The position numbers and the translations under genes are program-made. This document shows positions 1-11,700 of a stretch of DNA of 64,000 nt, one piece after another. The notes under the pieces are model-generated. The model ran no database searches. It had not been told where the DNA came from and saw only the letters and a list, made by a program, of their open reading frames with translations. Origin of the DNA: Klebsormidium nitens (Eukaryota; Plantae; Klebsormidiophyceae); the NCBI GenBank assembly GCA_000708835.1, contig DF237028.1, forward strand, positions 124,001 through 188,000. Reading direction: 5' to 3'. Every line of letters starts with the position of its first letter. The first letter of the stretch is position 1.

Positions 1-229
1 GTGCTTGAAGTGATGTACGTTCACACCCGCTTTACAGTCGTTGTCTGCTCGCACGGCCAAATTCTACGAACTTTGATCTGACGTGCTAGTGAGTGTTTCA
101 TCAATACTGCAGACAACATCGCTTTATTGGTGCCGCAGGCTGGAAGGCTGCTGGAAAGATGAGTTTTGCATGCGATTGTGCAGCAAGAGGTGTGGATTCC
201 TTGTAACCTGAAGTTGTCATGCGCGCAAA

Positions 230-480
230 CTGAAATAACATGTAGAGTGCTGATTCGATCTCATGCCAGGGGTCATATATGCACTTAATGTATACAGCTC
301 GATCCTTGACATCTAGGTGCGCAAATACTCATTGAACCAGGCAGCGCATGTGTCGTTGATCAATTGATCATATGTGTGCCAGTACATGTGACCCGGCTTC
401 CAAGGCTGGTACATGCAGTTGATCATTTTCTACTAGATCGTTCTTAACTAATCACACAATAAAGCACGACAAGTGCTCTG
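230..480. other. Palindrome-rich intergenic segment downstream of the first minus-strand gene
   Basis: By-eye count of about 26 self-complementary 4-mers in 241-420 (about 11 expected at 1/16 per position). Perfect 14-bp palindrome TGATCAATTGATCA at 357-370. Confidence 0.65.
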
Positions 481-539
481 TTGCCAACATCAAATGTAAG
501 AGCAAGTAAAAGTCCCTCAAGGACGGTGCCAAAGACACG

Positions 540-3384
540 TCAAGCTCTACGAAGATACAGAGCTTCATAAGTTCGCACTAGAGGTTTATGTACATACAAA
601 ATCCTGAAAGCAACCTGCATTTTCAGCATAGACTTGGACAAGATGGGAATCTCAGTAGGTCCTGGCTGTGAACGATATGAAAAGAAACATGCCAACGACT
701 CCGGCTTTGTATGTACAGTTTCTACAAGCAATCCGTTCCCTCTGATACCTTGATGCGATTTGTCGGAAGTTGGAAGATATACACAGGCGAGACCTAGCCA
801 TATTACACACTGCTTTTCTCCATGTTGTTGCTCCTCTCCGTCGTGTGAGCAATTTCGTCGATGGCCTGACTCACGTCCTCCTTCTTCCCAGTGAAGGTGC
901 GCGTTAAGGACTCCACTGTCGGCATCTTCAAGTTAGCAATCTTTTGCATCGTTGGAGTGTCCCGGATGGAAGGCCCGTCCTTCGTCATGTTGATGATGGT
1001 CCCAGGAGTGGCGATCAAGCCATTGACCGTATTGGTGCCCAGCTCCAGAGCACCACCGATAGGCTGCAAGGATCCATGGCCTTGCTGAGGGTTCATCATC
1101 AATAATCAAAGACTCCCAACCCTCAGCATCTTCGACTTGCACATGCTATGATAAGATCGTGCTCAGCTTCGGCAAACAGATTCAGCTACATACAGGCAAA
1201 TGAAGGGACCATTAGAAGAACGATCGGACTCATTGAGCCCCAGATATCGATTCGAAGTCGAGGGAATGGACTTACTTTGCAAAACGCTCCGGCGAGCCCC
1301 TTGGCAAAGCCCTTGGCGATGGCGACTCCAGCAATACCAGGGGAATCCCTTTGATGCGTCCTCGCCGCCTTCATTGGCTCTGTCTGCACAAGGACCAGGA
1401 GAGCGTTGTGATTCTTGAACATAAGACTTGCTTGTCAGGCCTTCCTGGGGGTAATTTGTGCTTGTACATGATGAATGTGGTCCGTGAAATGAGGGGTCAA
1501 AGACGGCCTTCGAGTGGCAGCTGCTCAAGTTCGCAACAAAGAACAGCTATAGACCGTGAAAGTATCAAAGAATCGGTACCAAAACTCCTTCCGTCAACAA
1601 AACAGCATAATGACTCCATTGACACCACAGCTTCATCAGAAACGGAGATTTCTTAAGAGAATACCAACTCAAAAGCAACTGAGTAAGCTCGAGATGAAGT
1701 CCGCTCAAGGGGTTTTCAACGATGTAGCGGAGTCACAATCGAAGTACTCACGACCAGCCCAGCTACCCCATCGTACACCCCGCTCCCAAGGCTCTTCATT
1801 CCATAGAAAAGGCCCTCCCCCACATGCACAGGCTTGTCGTGTGGCTCATCACGCAAGAAGGCCGGCTTCGCAAGCTCGATGCGACCTTCAGGCGTTGACG
1901 ACTGCACGAAATGATTGTGGCCAACGTCAGTGTCTCCAAAAGAATTTTCTCACCACGAAGGAGACTAGAGTAGATGCTTCTGCCCAGAAGACCTGAAACA
2001 AGGCATATATGTGGTCGATACTCCAGTTGCAGGCACCAGAATGCAATGAGAAGCTTTCTAAACAAGCACATGCTGCTTTGGCCTCACCAGAGGAGGACCA
2101 TAGCCCCGGTTCTCCTCCCCAAATAAGGCGTCTGGAGTCTTCCTGAGACCCGTCCCAAGCTGGTGCGTCAGGATGGAAATCCCTTCTGCCGGGCGCTGCA
2201 CGGCCTCCACAAGGCCCGAGCCCAAGCCTTTGAAAAAGCCAGCAGTCCCCCCATGCTTGGCACCTTCTTGTGGGTCATTCTGCAGGAGGAATTGAGGGAT
2301 CTCAGAACCATAAACAATGGAATCCGACGTCAGAAGGCTTGCTTCATACAATCTGTCTCAACAGGCAAACAACTCATTTTCACAGAACCCCAAGGTACAA
2401 TGAAGGCAAAAAATAAATACACCCTACAAGAAGGTAACCGTCCAGCCTCCAAATGCACCAGCTAGAAGCTTACCACAAGGTGTGAGAAACCATCGTACAC
2501 CTTGTTTGCAAAGCCACTGAAACCACCAACAACCGCCTCTCCCACATGCCGAGGCTCCTTAGGGCCTACGCAGAAAACCCAAATCGATTAGTATCAGAAG
2601 TGGAACCATGAACCAATATAGACTAGCTTCGTAGGTTAGCATGTAACTGAGCTCGAGAAGTTGACTCCAAGGTGCAACACAATTGAGCTCCCAGAATCCA
2701 GTACTGCTTCTGAACATCCACATGGATATTCAGCTGGCCTGATGGGACCCAGTGAATAGACTGTCTTGATTTTCTTCAGAAAGCATTGTAAATGCGAACC
2801 TACCAAATATTGATGTCCGCAGGTCGTCTAGATCACCTCTCAGATCGTCAAGGGCCCTCAACAGGTGCACTTGGTCGCCAGCGATAGGGACAAGCTCCGG
2901 CAAGGAGTCTTTGTCCAATCTCACAAGTACAGCACCCGATATTTCATTGGCGAGGAACTTCTCCTTGTACTGAGACAGTCCCTGGCTGTCCAGCCAATCT
3001 CCGACTTCCTGCAGGGGTAAGCCCTTGACTTTGATACCTTGTGCAACACATGGAGAGAGGGATAAAAACCTGTGGTCACCCTTTTTTGCTCCAGGATATA
3101 TTTGCTTTCAACACTTGTTCAAGTTCTATTCTCACATACACTTCTGATTCACCACAGAACCAAAACTGCAGGGTCTGTGCCAAAGGCTGCTCTGAGTTCT
3201 AAGCGGGAGTGCTGGCTACTCAAAGGTTGCAGTCAATTGTACCAGAGACTCGGCGTTGGAAAGCAATCAAAGACTGTATTCTTACGGCAAACTCAGGCCA
3301 GCTCACAAATGAAATCCACCTCACCTCACATGTCCACTCATTTGGATCTTCTGGTCGCAAAGTCATGCCACTTGTGCTCGCCAT
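540..3384 (-). CDS. SAM-domain protein with two VPS13/ATG2 C-terminal-like Gly-rich amphipathic repeats (about 355-375 aa)
   Basis: Exons 3384-3325, 3008-2804, 2565-2474, 2279-2088, 1901-1752, 1383-1276 and 1063-875 join in frame with GT-AG sites. A likely last exon is 665-540; without that splice the ORF stops at 803. The N-terminus WTCEEVGDWLDSQGLSQYKEKFLANEISGAVLVRLDKDSL..IAGDQVHLLRALDDL fits the SAM pattern. Repeats PRHVGEAVVGG..VYDGFSHLVNDPQEGAKHGGTAGFFKGLGSGLVEAVQRP and PVHVGEGLFYG..VYDGVAGLVTEP..KGFAKGLAGAFCKP resemble the VPS13/ATG2 C-terminal helices. Confidence 0.75.
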
Positions 3385-3963
3385 TCGCTGGCAGCACCGA
3401 ATTGAATGACGAAAGCAGTTCGTAACAGAGAAACGGCCCAGAAAAGGCGTGCCCAGCTTGAATGTTTTTCTCAAAGGCTCAACCCGTCATGAACCTCAGG
3501 AGACGCGCGGACCCTGCTGCACCAGACTCTGCTGAACTCGAGTGAACACTGCTTGAATCAGCATAGATCAGCATCTTCAGACTTCAAAGCAGAGTATGCA
3601 GTCTCCCACTGCCAGCCACCAATCAAGTTGCTCTCTGAGTCCACGTGGTTTAGAGTGGTAGCTACCGGCTTTCTCATTAGCCACAGAAGGTATGTACCTC
3701 TTAGGTACATGCGGTGCCGCTTTCATAACGGAGGATGGCATGCCAAGTGCAGTTTGTCGAGTCGAAGTCACAGCGAACTGCAAAGCCTGCTGGCAGTGCC
3801 AGTAATTGTCTGGAGGGGACATGCAGTCAGGGGATGTTGGAGCAGCCGAAGTGTGGTCGCGAGCGCCCATTGGTGGTAGCAATTTTCTGGGGCCCAGCTT
3901 GAGCTGCTATTATTGACCTCTGATTGCCTTTCTCTTGTGAGGGGTTATATAAAGAGCGGAATC

Positions 3964-6900
3964 ATGGGAAATACAGCCGGCGAAAGCATTGGCAAGCCGG
4001 AAGCGCATGCATATACAAAAGCTGAGCAGATGGACCAGGATGAGGCACCATCGCTTCCCTTCTTTGCTAGGAGCTGGCGTCTGGCAAGGAGTTTCACTGG
4101 GGGTGTCTCAAATATTGCGGGGATGGTCTGGAGAAGCGACAGGGACTTTGAGAGAGCTCTGGACAACCTGTCCAAGTAAGCTGAGCTGAGTTGTTGAATT
4201 CAAAACAACAAAATGCTGAGGTGCTGCCTGTTTGGATGCAGGATACCTCCAGTATCTCTGTAGGACCCCTTGAAGTCTTCTGTGAACCTTGTGGTGCTGC
4301 GGGCAGCACGCTGTGTAGTCTTACTAATTCGGGCTTTTCCCTGATTGGAGCACGTCTAGCGATCAGGCTTTGCTGTTTCTGAGGAGTCAATTTTGGGCAA
4401 ACCCTAATGCAGCAAACCCTAATGGTAGAGGCCCTGGGGCAGGCAAGAGGAAGAAAAGGACCATGGTGTCGAACACGACGCGCTTGCCGAATCAGCTTCT
4501 TTCCTGAGCACATCTATCTCCCCTCGCAGGTTTGAGGATGCCTTGAAAAACCGTATTCATAGACGTGGAAGCAACTGGCGGTGGTTTGCTCGCTCAATCA
4601 TGCTGTGGTCAGCTGCCTTGGAGGTAAGGAAAGGCAGCCCTTCTGTTGCAATATTGCAGAGCCAGGATGTTTTGACTGTGAAAATGTCGAGCAGGTCTCA
4701 ATTCACCATGTTGTGCGAAGTCGGTCAGGGGAGGTTTCAGAGGGCGTCCACATGTGCATGTATGTGTAGAAGCGGCCATGCATGCTTGGCAAGCCACAGT
4801 GGCTGCGTAGAACAAGGAGGTCTGTGTGATCGCCTCTGGCTTGGGGTAGGACATGTCTGACTATCTCATTGAGAAGCTGGACGCTAGTTGTTGCCTGAAA
4901 ATCCAATCTCAGGAACAGTTCTGGATGACAGGCAGCTGCCATCCGCTCACTGTGCCCCTTCCCTTTTTCCAGGTTGTTTTTCTAAGCTACGCCATTGTCA
5001 TGACGCACTCAGGGGGCCTGGAATGGCAGAGGCGTGCTTTGATAGTTTTGCCGGTCTTCCTCCTCCCAGCTTGTGCAACCCTGCTGTACAAAGTCCTCGC
5101 AAGGTACTACAGAATGAGTAAGCCCCACGCTTCTTGAGTTGTCAGTCCTGCTGTGGCATGCTTTGAGCAGGTGGAGGACTGCAAACTCATACTCAATCGG
5201 TACAACGTTCTGAAGCTGATCTTATGGACACAATAGGTGAGCTTGCTTTTGATCTCACCAAAAGTTGAATGTTGAATCAAGATGATCGATGTTAGCAGGC
5301 TCCAAGCAGACAGATCCTTCATCCTTCACTGCACCTTGATAACAGCTGGGTGATCAGAAGCGGCGTTTCTTGGAAGGAAGTGACTTGGCGCCCGGGATAC
5401 TGATGCAAAAGGCTTGCTGCAGGGGAGCGCCAGGACAAGCAGGCCCTAGCTGACGTCCAGCAGAAGATGAAGCGGAGACTAGACGAAGTGAAGGACAAGT
5501 CCAACTTCTATCGCACTCTGGAGGTCATCCAGGTGCGCATGCGTTTCCGCTTCGCGCACAGTCGGTGCAAACGAACCAGGGCTTGGATGCTAGAAAGGCG
5601 CCGCAGTTTGTTGTATTGGTACCTAGCTTATTACCTCGTGTGAGAGAGCCTTCTTATGCAACAGTTGGGTGAAGTGCTCTCGGCCAACCAAACCCTTTGG
5701 TTGATCCCAAAGATCTAATAACTTCTTTCGAGGACTTCTTGACTGATGTCTGTGCCTTCGATAGCAAAGGCTGAGCTTCATTTATAAGATTCTCAGTGGT
5801 GGTTATACCATGTCTGCCCGAAACTCAAAGCTTCCATAACGCCACTGAGACCCACCCTACGATTCCCTGCTTTTGCAGAAGTACGACAATGACCCTGTCG
5901 TCAAGGCCGCTGCCGCGACTGTGCTTGGGTCCAAACTTGGGTTGAAGACAGACCTACCGCCCGAAATACAAGCCCATCTTACGCCCACCAAATCCGCTAG
6001 CACCCCTGATCGCTCCCCGTCAAGCGGGCTCAGGAACCGACGATCGTCTGGGGCGCATCCCCCGAGCTCGCTTAACCCAGAGGTTAGCTCCCAGGGTGTC
6101 CCTAGGTCCGCGCAAGGAAGGGTGTCGCAGGAGGGGAACTCTCCTCGACCTAGTTACGGAGCCCCGGGCCCCGGGTTTGAAGGGTTTGGCCCGGCGACGG
6201 CAGGGAACTGGCAGCCGGGGCAGCATCAGACGGGGGGGGTGGTTGGGATGTTGGAAAGAGTCGCTCAGATGCTGGTCGGGGAGGACCCCACGCAGTGCTA
6301 CGCCCTCATCTGCGAGCGGTGCCGGCAGCACAACGGTGAGCGTGACCAAAGGCCCGCCTTCGACCGCTTTTTCTTGAGCGAACCTTGTTTTGGTTGCTCA
6401 AAGTGTCAATTGATCCCCTTAGTATTGACTCTTTTTGAGTATTCAGAAGCTCAATGATAAAGCAAAGGACTTTCGTTGATTCAAACTGCCGAGCTTAGTA
6501 CAGGTTCGTGACTTCTGGAGCCCGAGCGCCTGTTGATTCGTATTGTGCTCACTGTTTCCCGGAATTACTGCATCCACGATGTGCCCCAAAAAGAAAAAAC
6601 ACAAGACTGAGGCGCATAGGCACCGCGTTGCATGGGATACGAGCGTCAGCACGGTCGAATCTTGTTGTTTTTGAGAAGCTCGTACCCGCTGGGAGACAGT
6701 TCGCATACTGCAGCAGCTATCCGCTGAATGTCGCTCATAGCCTTTTTAAGTACGAAGCCACGAGTCTGAAGTGCATTTAGCCAGCGTTGCCTGAAGATGT
6801 CCACCTCTGACCTGACCCAACGATCTGTGTGTGAGCAGGCCTGGCCAAGAAGGAGGACATGGAGGTCCTGATGTACCACTGCAGATTCTGCTCCCACTTG

Positions 6901-7311
6901 AACGGGACAAAGGACGACAACATCGAGCGGAAGTGCCGCTGTTACTTCTGCAGCGAGATCCGGAGAAGGACGGGCGTGGAGCTGGAAGCACCATCGCCTG
7001 ATACCGGAACCCCTAGGAAAGGTGAAAAGTCAAGCGCAGGAGGATTGGAGAGGATCGGCGACGACGGAGAACAACCAACCGAAGAAAAGAATGTCGATGG
7101 AAAACGTGTAACAGTAGGAGGTCGTGGTGACTTGACAGAATTGCGGGGAAGTAAAACAAGCGCTTTGAGCCAAAGTGGGAAGGGGAGCTCTAAGGGGGCG
7201 ATTGATGAAGGGTGGGAGGATGTGAAATCTCGGACAAATCAACCGGTCACTTCAAATGTTTCCCTTCGCCTTTGCAGTGAAGAGTTGCAACATGGAAAGG
7301 CGAAAGGCTGA
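3964..7311 (+). CDS. LNP: Lunapark (ER three-way junction protein)
   Basis: Exons 3964-4175, 4530-4623, 4973-5117, 5423-5532, 5879-6335 and 6839-7311 join in frame. Features: RDFERALDNLSK, two TM segments, coiled coil KRRLDEVKDKSNFYRTLEVIQKYD, AAAATVLGSKLG, and the zinc finger LVGEDPTQCYALICERCRQHNGLAKKED..YHCRFCSHLN. Confidence 0.93.
4399..4422 (+). promoter_or_regulatory. Two telo-box motifs (AAACCCTAA) in Lunapark intron 1
   Basis: Direct repeat GCAAACCCTAATG occurs twice; AAACCCTAA at 4399-4407 and 4414-4422. Function is not shown by the sequence. Confidence 0.35.
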
Positions 7312-7859
7312 TCCAAAAATCTGACGAGAAGTTAAAGAGGATGGAGTGAGTAAACGAGGTGGTCATACATACCTTTCAAACTATACAGCGCCTCTTGTAC
7401 AGTTTACACTGAACGCCACCTGAGATTATATGATATGCAGACTTAGTAAGACATTAGGATTGAAGCAGCAAGACAGTCACGTTCATGCCGCGGCCCACCT
7501 CCGAGAATCACTCCAATATACGGACCTGGGTTGCTTGGTGACACGTGAACTTGAACTCCTGCAAGTGCGTCGAATTCTTGATTTCTTCGACCACCGGAGT
7601 CTGAAATGAACTTATACGCATGCAGCGTGCAACAACCTGCAAGTGCCATGATGCCATGGCGGCCAGCATCTTGACCAAAGTGTATGCCAGAGGCCGTTGA
7701 GTATATATAACTAATCATGATCCGACTATATAGGCCGTGTAGGTACCGCGTCACCTGTACACACCTGTGACTCTCGCCGTCGCCGTCGGCCCATGTGAGA
7801 TCGATGTACTGAATGCGAGAGTTTGTCGGAGGCCGGTCACTCACTCGGACATGCACAGC

Positions 7860-8350
7860 CGGATTTGCGTACGCGTGATCATGTTGCTTTGTTTGTTAGT
7901 AACTGCTAATTGGTACAATTCTAGCTATCGAAACATTTTTTGATCGTGAAGCCCAAACTCCGAATTAAATTGCTTGTTTCTGCGCCATGGGCCCAGGTGC
8001 CTAAGCGTGTATAAAAAGAAGTGACCATCCGACATGCACACATGCATCAGTGCCAGTACGTACTGGGACGGGATCGCCGCTTTCATGTTCTATAGCCGCT
8101 CTTTAAGTTCAATTAAATCTACGTAACATATGGGAATCTTCTGCAATCATGCACTGTCGGAGGCCATGGCCGGCCCTAGGTGCTGATCGAATCCGGCGGG
8201 CCAGGCCATACGTGCCCATATGCAGCAGGCTGTCACTGTACCCACGCCATGCATTCATGTCGATCGGCGTGATTCGACAGGACCAAATGACCATGCAAAG
8301 TGCGCCTTTTTATATGCATTACATTGGAAGTGGCCGCCTGACCGCAAGCG
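7860..8350. other. Palindrome-rich segment in the convergent spacer between Lunapark and the ARM/TPR gene
   Basis: Dense GATC, CATG, GTAC, CTAG, GGCC and TGCA. Perfect 14-bp palindrome CCAGTACGTACTGG at 8053-8066; GGCCATGGCC near 8162. Confidence 0.6.
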
Positions 8351-8776
8351 GTCAACAGCTAGTTCCAAGAAAACCTCGTTCAGTTTTCAAAATCGAAGGT
8401 TTCTTCCAGAACCTACAGCATAGCAGGTCACGATTCACTTGGCGGTTGGTGAATTTGAACCCCGACGAGTCGGTGCACTGATTCTCAAGATTGAAGCAAA
8501 AACTTTGAAAGATATTGCTTAGTCGTGTGGAGATTTTGGGTCCACATAATTGAACGTCACGCCCAAGATCAGCTTGTTTCTTGTACACTTACAAACAGTT
8601 TGGACTAGAGTCCTGCAACAGTCAGTGGATCCGGCAGGCCTTCCTGCAAACAGTCGTGCATCCATGCTTCATGCACGAGGCCGCAGCATCACAGCACACC
8701 ATGGCCTACAGTATACCTCTTTGACTACCAAATAATCATGCAGCCTGCACCAGCGCACTGCGCCCCGTTATCAGCC

Positions 8777-11700
8777 TCACTTTGCAGCCACCCCGATGTT
8801 TTCCTTCCCTAGTTCGCCTTCGCTGAGGGCTTTGACTGCCCGCTCCCTCCTGAGAATACTCTTAAGATGGCCCGGGTCGATCACGAGCGCCTGGTCTACG
8901 TCGTGAAGCGCTTCCACAAAGCGCCCGGCGCGCAGGCAGGCCTCCGCCCGGTTGGACCACAGGATGTGGCGCTGGGGGTACGGCGGAGCATCCTGCACAC
9001 GACAATGAGTAGCGTGTTTTTAAGGGGACAGGTCCTTTGGTCTGCCTTATCAACTTTCGGTAGTGCGGTTGTGTGTTTTCAGTTTTGAAGGCATTTGTCG
9101 ACTTGGATACGATAGGGCTCGCGCCGACAGGACAACTGCTCAAGTCTCCAGCGTCTCCTCTTCCTTCCATGTACGGGCTTGTATGACTCTGCTCCAGATA
9201 ATGCGTGCAACGAGTATGTTCTCTTGGATCCACATGCAGCCAACCCGGAAAGCAAACGAGCTCTCACACTTCTGCTCGACGCCAGGTTACACTGCGGGAC
9301 GCTTATGAAGGCGTACCCAGCTTCCTCCTTGAACGCTCGAAAACCCTTGCCATAACTCTGAGACCAGTAGAATAGACGACGAAACTACGAAGTCAATCCG
9401 TCAGACTTTGTCCTCACCTGGGACGCCGCACTGTGCGCCAGTCGAAGGGCGAGGTTGTAGCACCAGCGCGCATACTCGTGGTCGCCCTTGTTCAGGGCCT
9501 CGTTCCCCCGCTGCTTGGTGGCCTCGATCTGGATACCAAAGTTGCGACTTTCAGAGGAAGCAAAGCAACAAGGCCTCGTTGTCTGGTCGAACACTCGGAC
9601 TAGGCAAATCAGAAAGTTGCAATTGGAAACAGAGCAGGAGCTACCCGTGGAAACGATTGGGACCAAGAAATGTCGAGAGCACACACCAAATGGACCAGCT
9701 TTCAAGACACCTTATGCCTACAAGACCCGTTCCCCTACTGAAAAGCATGTTCCGAGAGCATTTGGCACATGGCTCACGAGCTTCTTCTTCACTTCGACCG
9801 CTGTTCCTCAGTGTACGGGATCCCCTTTGAAGCAAGAGGTTCCGCCTTCCAGTTAACGAAGCAGATTCGCCATTCCGAACGTACGGATCAGAGAAAGCGA
9901 AGCAATACAATACCACGTTCCGACCTTTGCAGATAGAGCACAGAAGCCGACCAACGCCCACCTGTGCCGACACCGCCGATCCGAAGCAGCCGGGCAGCAG
10001 GCTGGCCGTCGTCGCTAGCGCCAGGTTCGCAACTAGAATGAGCAGGCTCGCATACACCGGCGGCGCGTGATGGGCGATCTCCGTAGAGTACCCGAACGTC
10101 ATGCCCGGCTTGCGGCTCGCGGGGGGCATCGGCAGCACCGCGTCGGGCCCCGCGGAGACGTCTAGAGCTTCCAGGGCCTCCTCTGGCTGCACCTTCTTGC
10201 TGGAGGAAGTTTTAGGGGTGCCCTTCTGGGCGGTGCACAGGTGGAAGGTCTCGAGGCGGTCCGTCTCGCAGAGGGCGGAGCGGAGGGACGGAGGCCCCGT
10301 TGTGGAGGCGGGCGAAGCCGCGAGACCGTGGAGGGTCTCGAGGAGGGAGGTCAGGCTGCGGGCGACGGGGCCCTGTAAACGAGGCAGCACATAGCATGAG
10401 AAGAGGAGTAGGCCTCTCGTCTACCGTGTTTGCGAACATCTGCTGTCCTCACGATGTTCAGCGCAATGGACCGCAATGGATCCGCTTCAGAGCTTCCGGA
10501 ACATCTGGAATACCTTATCAACTTCGTAGGCTATCTGAGGCGAGAGACGGCCGGAAATCCTGCAGACCTGCTGCAATCTGGTTTGTAATACTCGCTGTTC
10601 GTGCAAAACTTGCAAGCACGATAACACGAAAAAGCATTGAAGTCGAAGAGGCTGCCCCTCTGCCCCTCACCATAGGAAGCGCATGCCGAGGATGCCCACG
10701 TGAAAGTACCCAAATTTATAATTGCTAATACAGAGTCTCATCCCAGCATGCAACCAGAACCCAATCCAAGCTCGCGCAGAGGAGAAAGGCGCCCGCAGTC
10801 CCGTCAAGAACCCCGCACTATGTCAACCAATGTCATAAGATCACCACGGATTAGGAAGGCGCGATACTTCAGTCGTGGCAGCGCTGCCGCAGATCGGTCA
10901 ACAGAATATAACCCATGTAATATCCGACAAACGCACCTCTGCCGCCACGCGTTCCGCCACCGCCAGGTCATGCGCCACGTTGGCGCATGCGTCCATCAGT
11001 AGCGCGGCCTGTGCCGCGGCAGCCGCAAGCGCCTCCGGGGGGGTGTCCTCAGCACTGGCATACAGCTTCTGTACATGGGCGACCGCCGCGAGGGCAGCGT
11101 TGGCGAGGGGCAGCATGCCCCCCTCCAAAGTGGCGCCGACCGAACCCCCGTAGGGGCCTTGGGCATTCGGGACCTCGCCGTGCATCTGCAGGGGAAGGGT
11201 GATCCTGAGCGAGAATGTTTCTTGTACTAGCACTCATAGAATAACAGCTTTATCGATCTGGACTCTCAAAGAGACTGCTGATGAAGGTAGGATGCCGTTC
11301 CGTGGATCTCGTGTAAACCTAACAGCCTGAAAAAGCCCGATGTGCGGCACGGGTGCTTAGAATGATCATTATTGCAACGGGCGTCAGAAGAGCACGGCAT
11401 AAGACCCAGCGGACTTTCTCGAGATTCTCTGCGCTCAGGTTTCTACAACGCATCAACCAAGCGGAACTATTCTTGTATAAAGTCAAAGATGTTGACTTGG
11501 TGTAAGATCATGCGTCAGCAAAGGCCACAGAATTTTCTCGGAAGTCACAGAGGACTTTCCCAGGCCTTGCACCCACCTGGTCCCAGACGTCCTTGGTCTC
11601 CTTCTCCAGGTCCACCACCACAAAGTCGTCCACTTCTAGTTCTCTCGCCTCCTCCCTGGGCGCCTCCGCCGCCTGCCACAGCGGGAACGGGCGGTAGCCC

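Noticed and set aside
3947-3954. TATATAAA upstream of Lunapark
   Set aside because: It lies only about 10 nt from the ATG, too close to be the TATA box for this start.
8440-8475. tRNA T-loop-like GGTTCAAATTC...CCGCCA on the minus strand
   Set aside because: The flanking bases do not form a 5-bp T-stem, and no D-arm or acceptor stem can be built.
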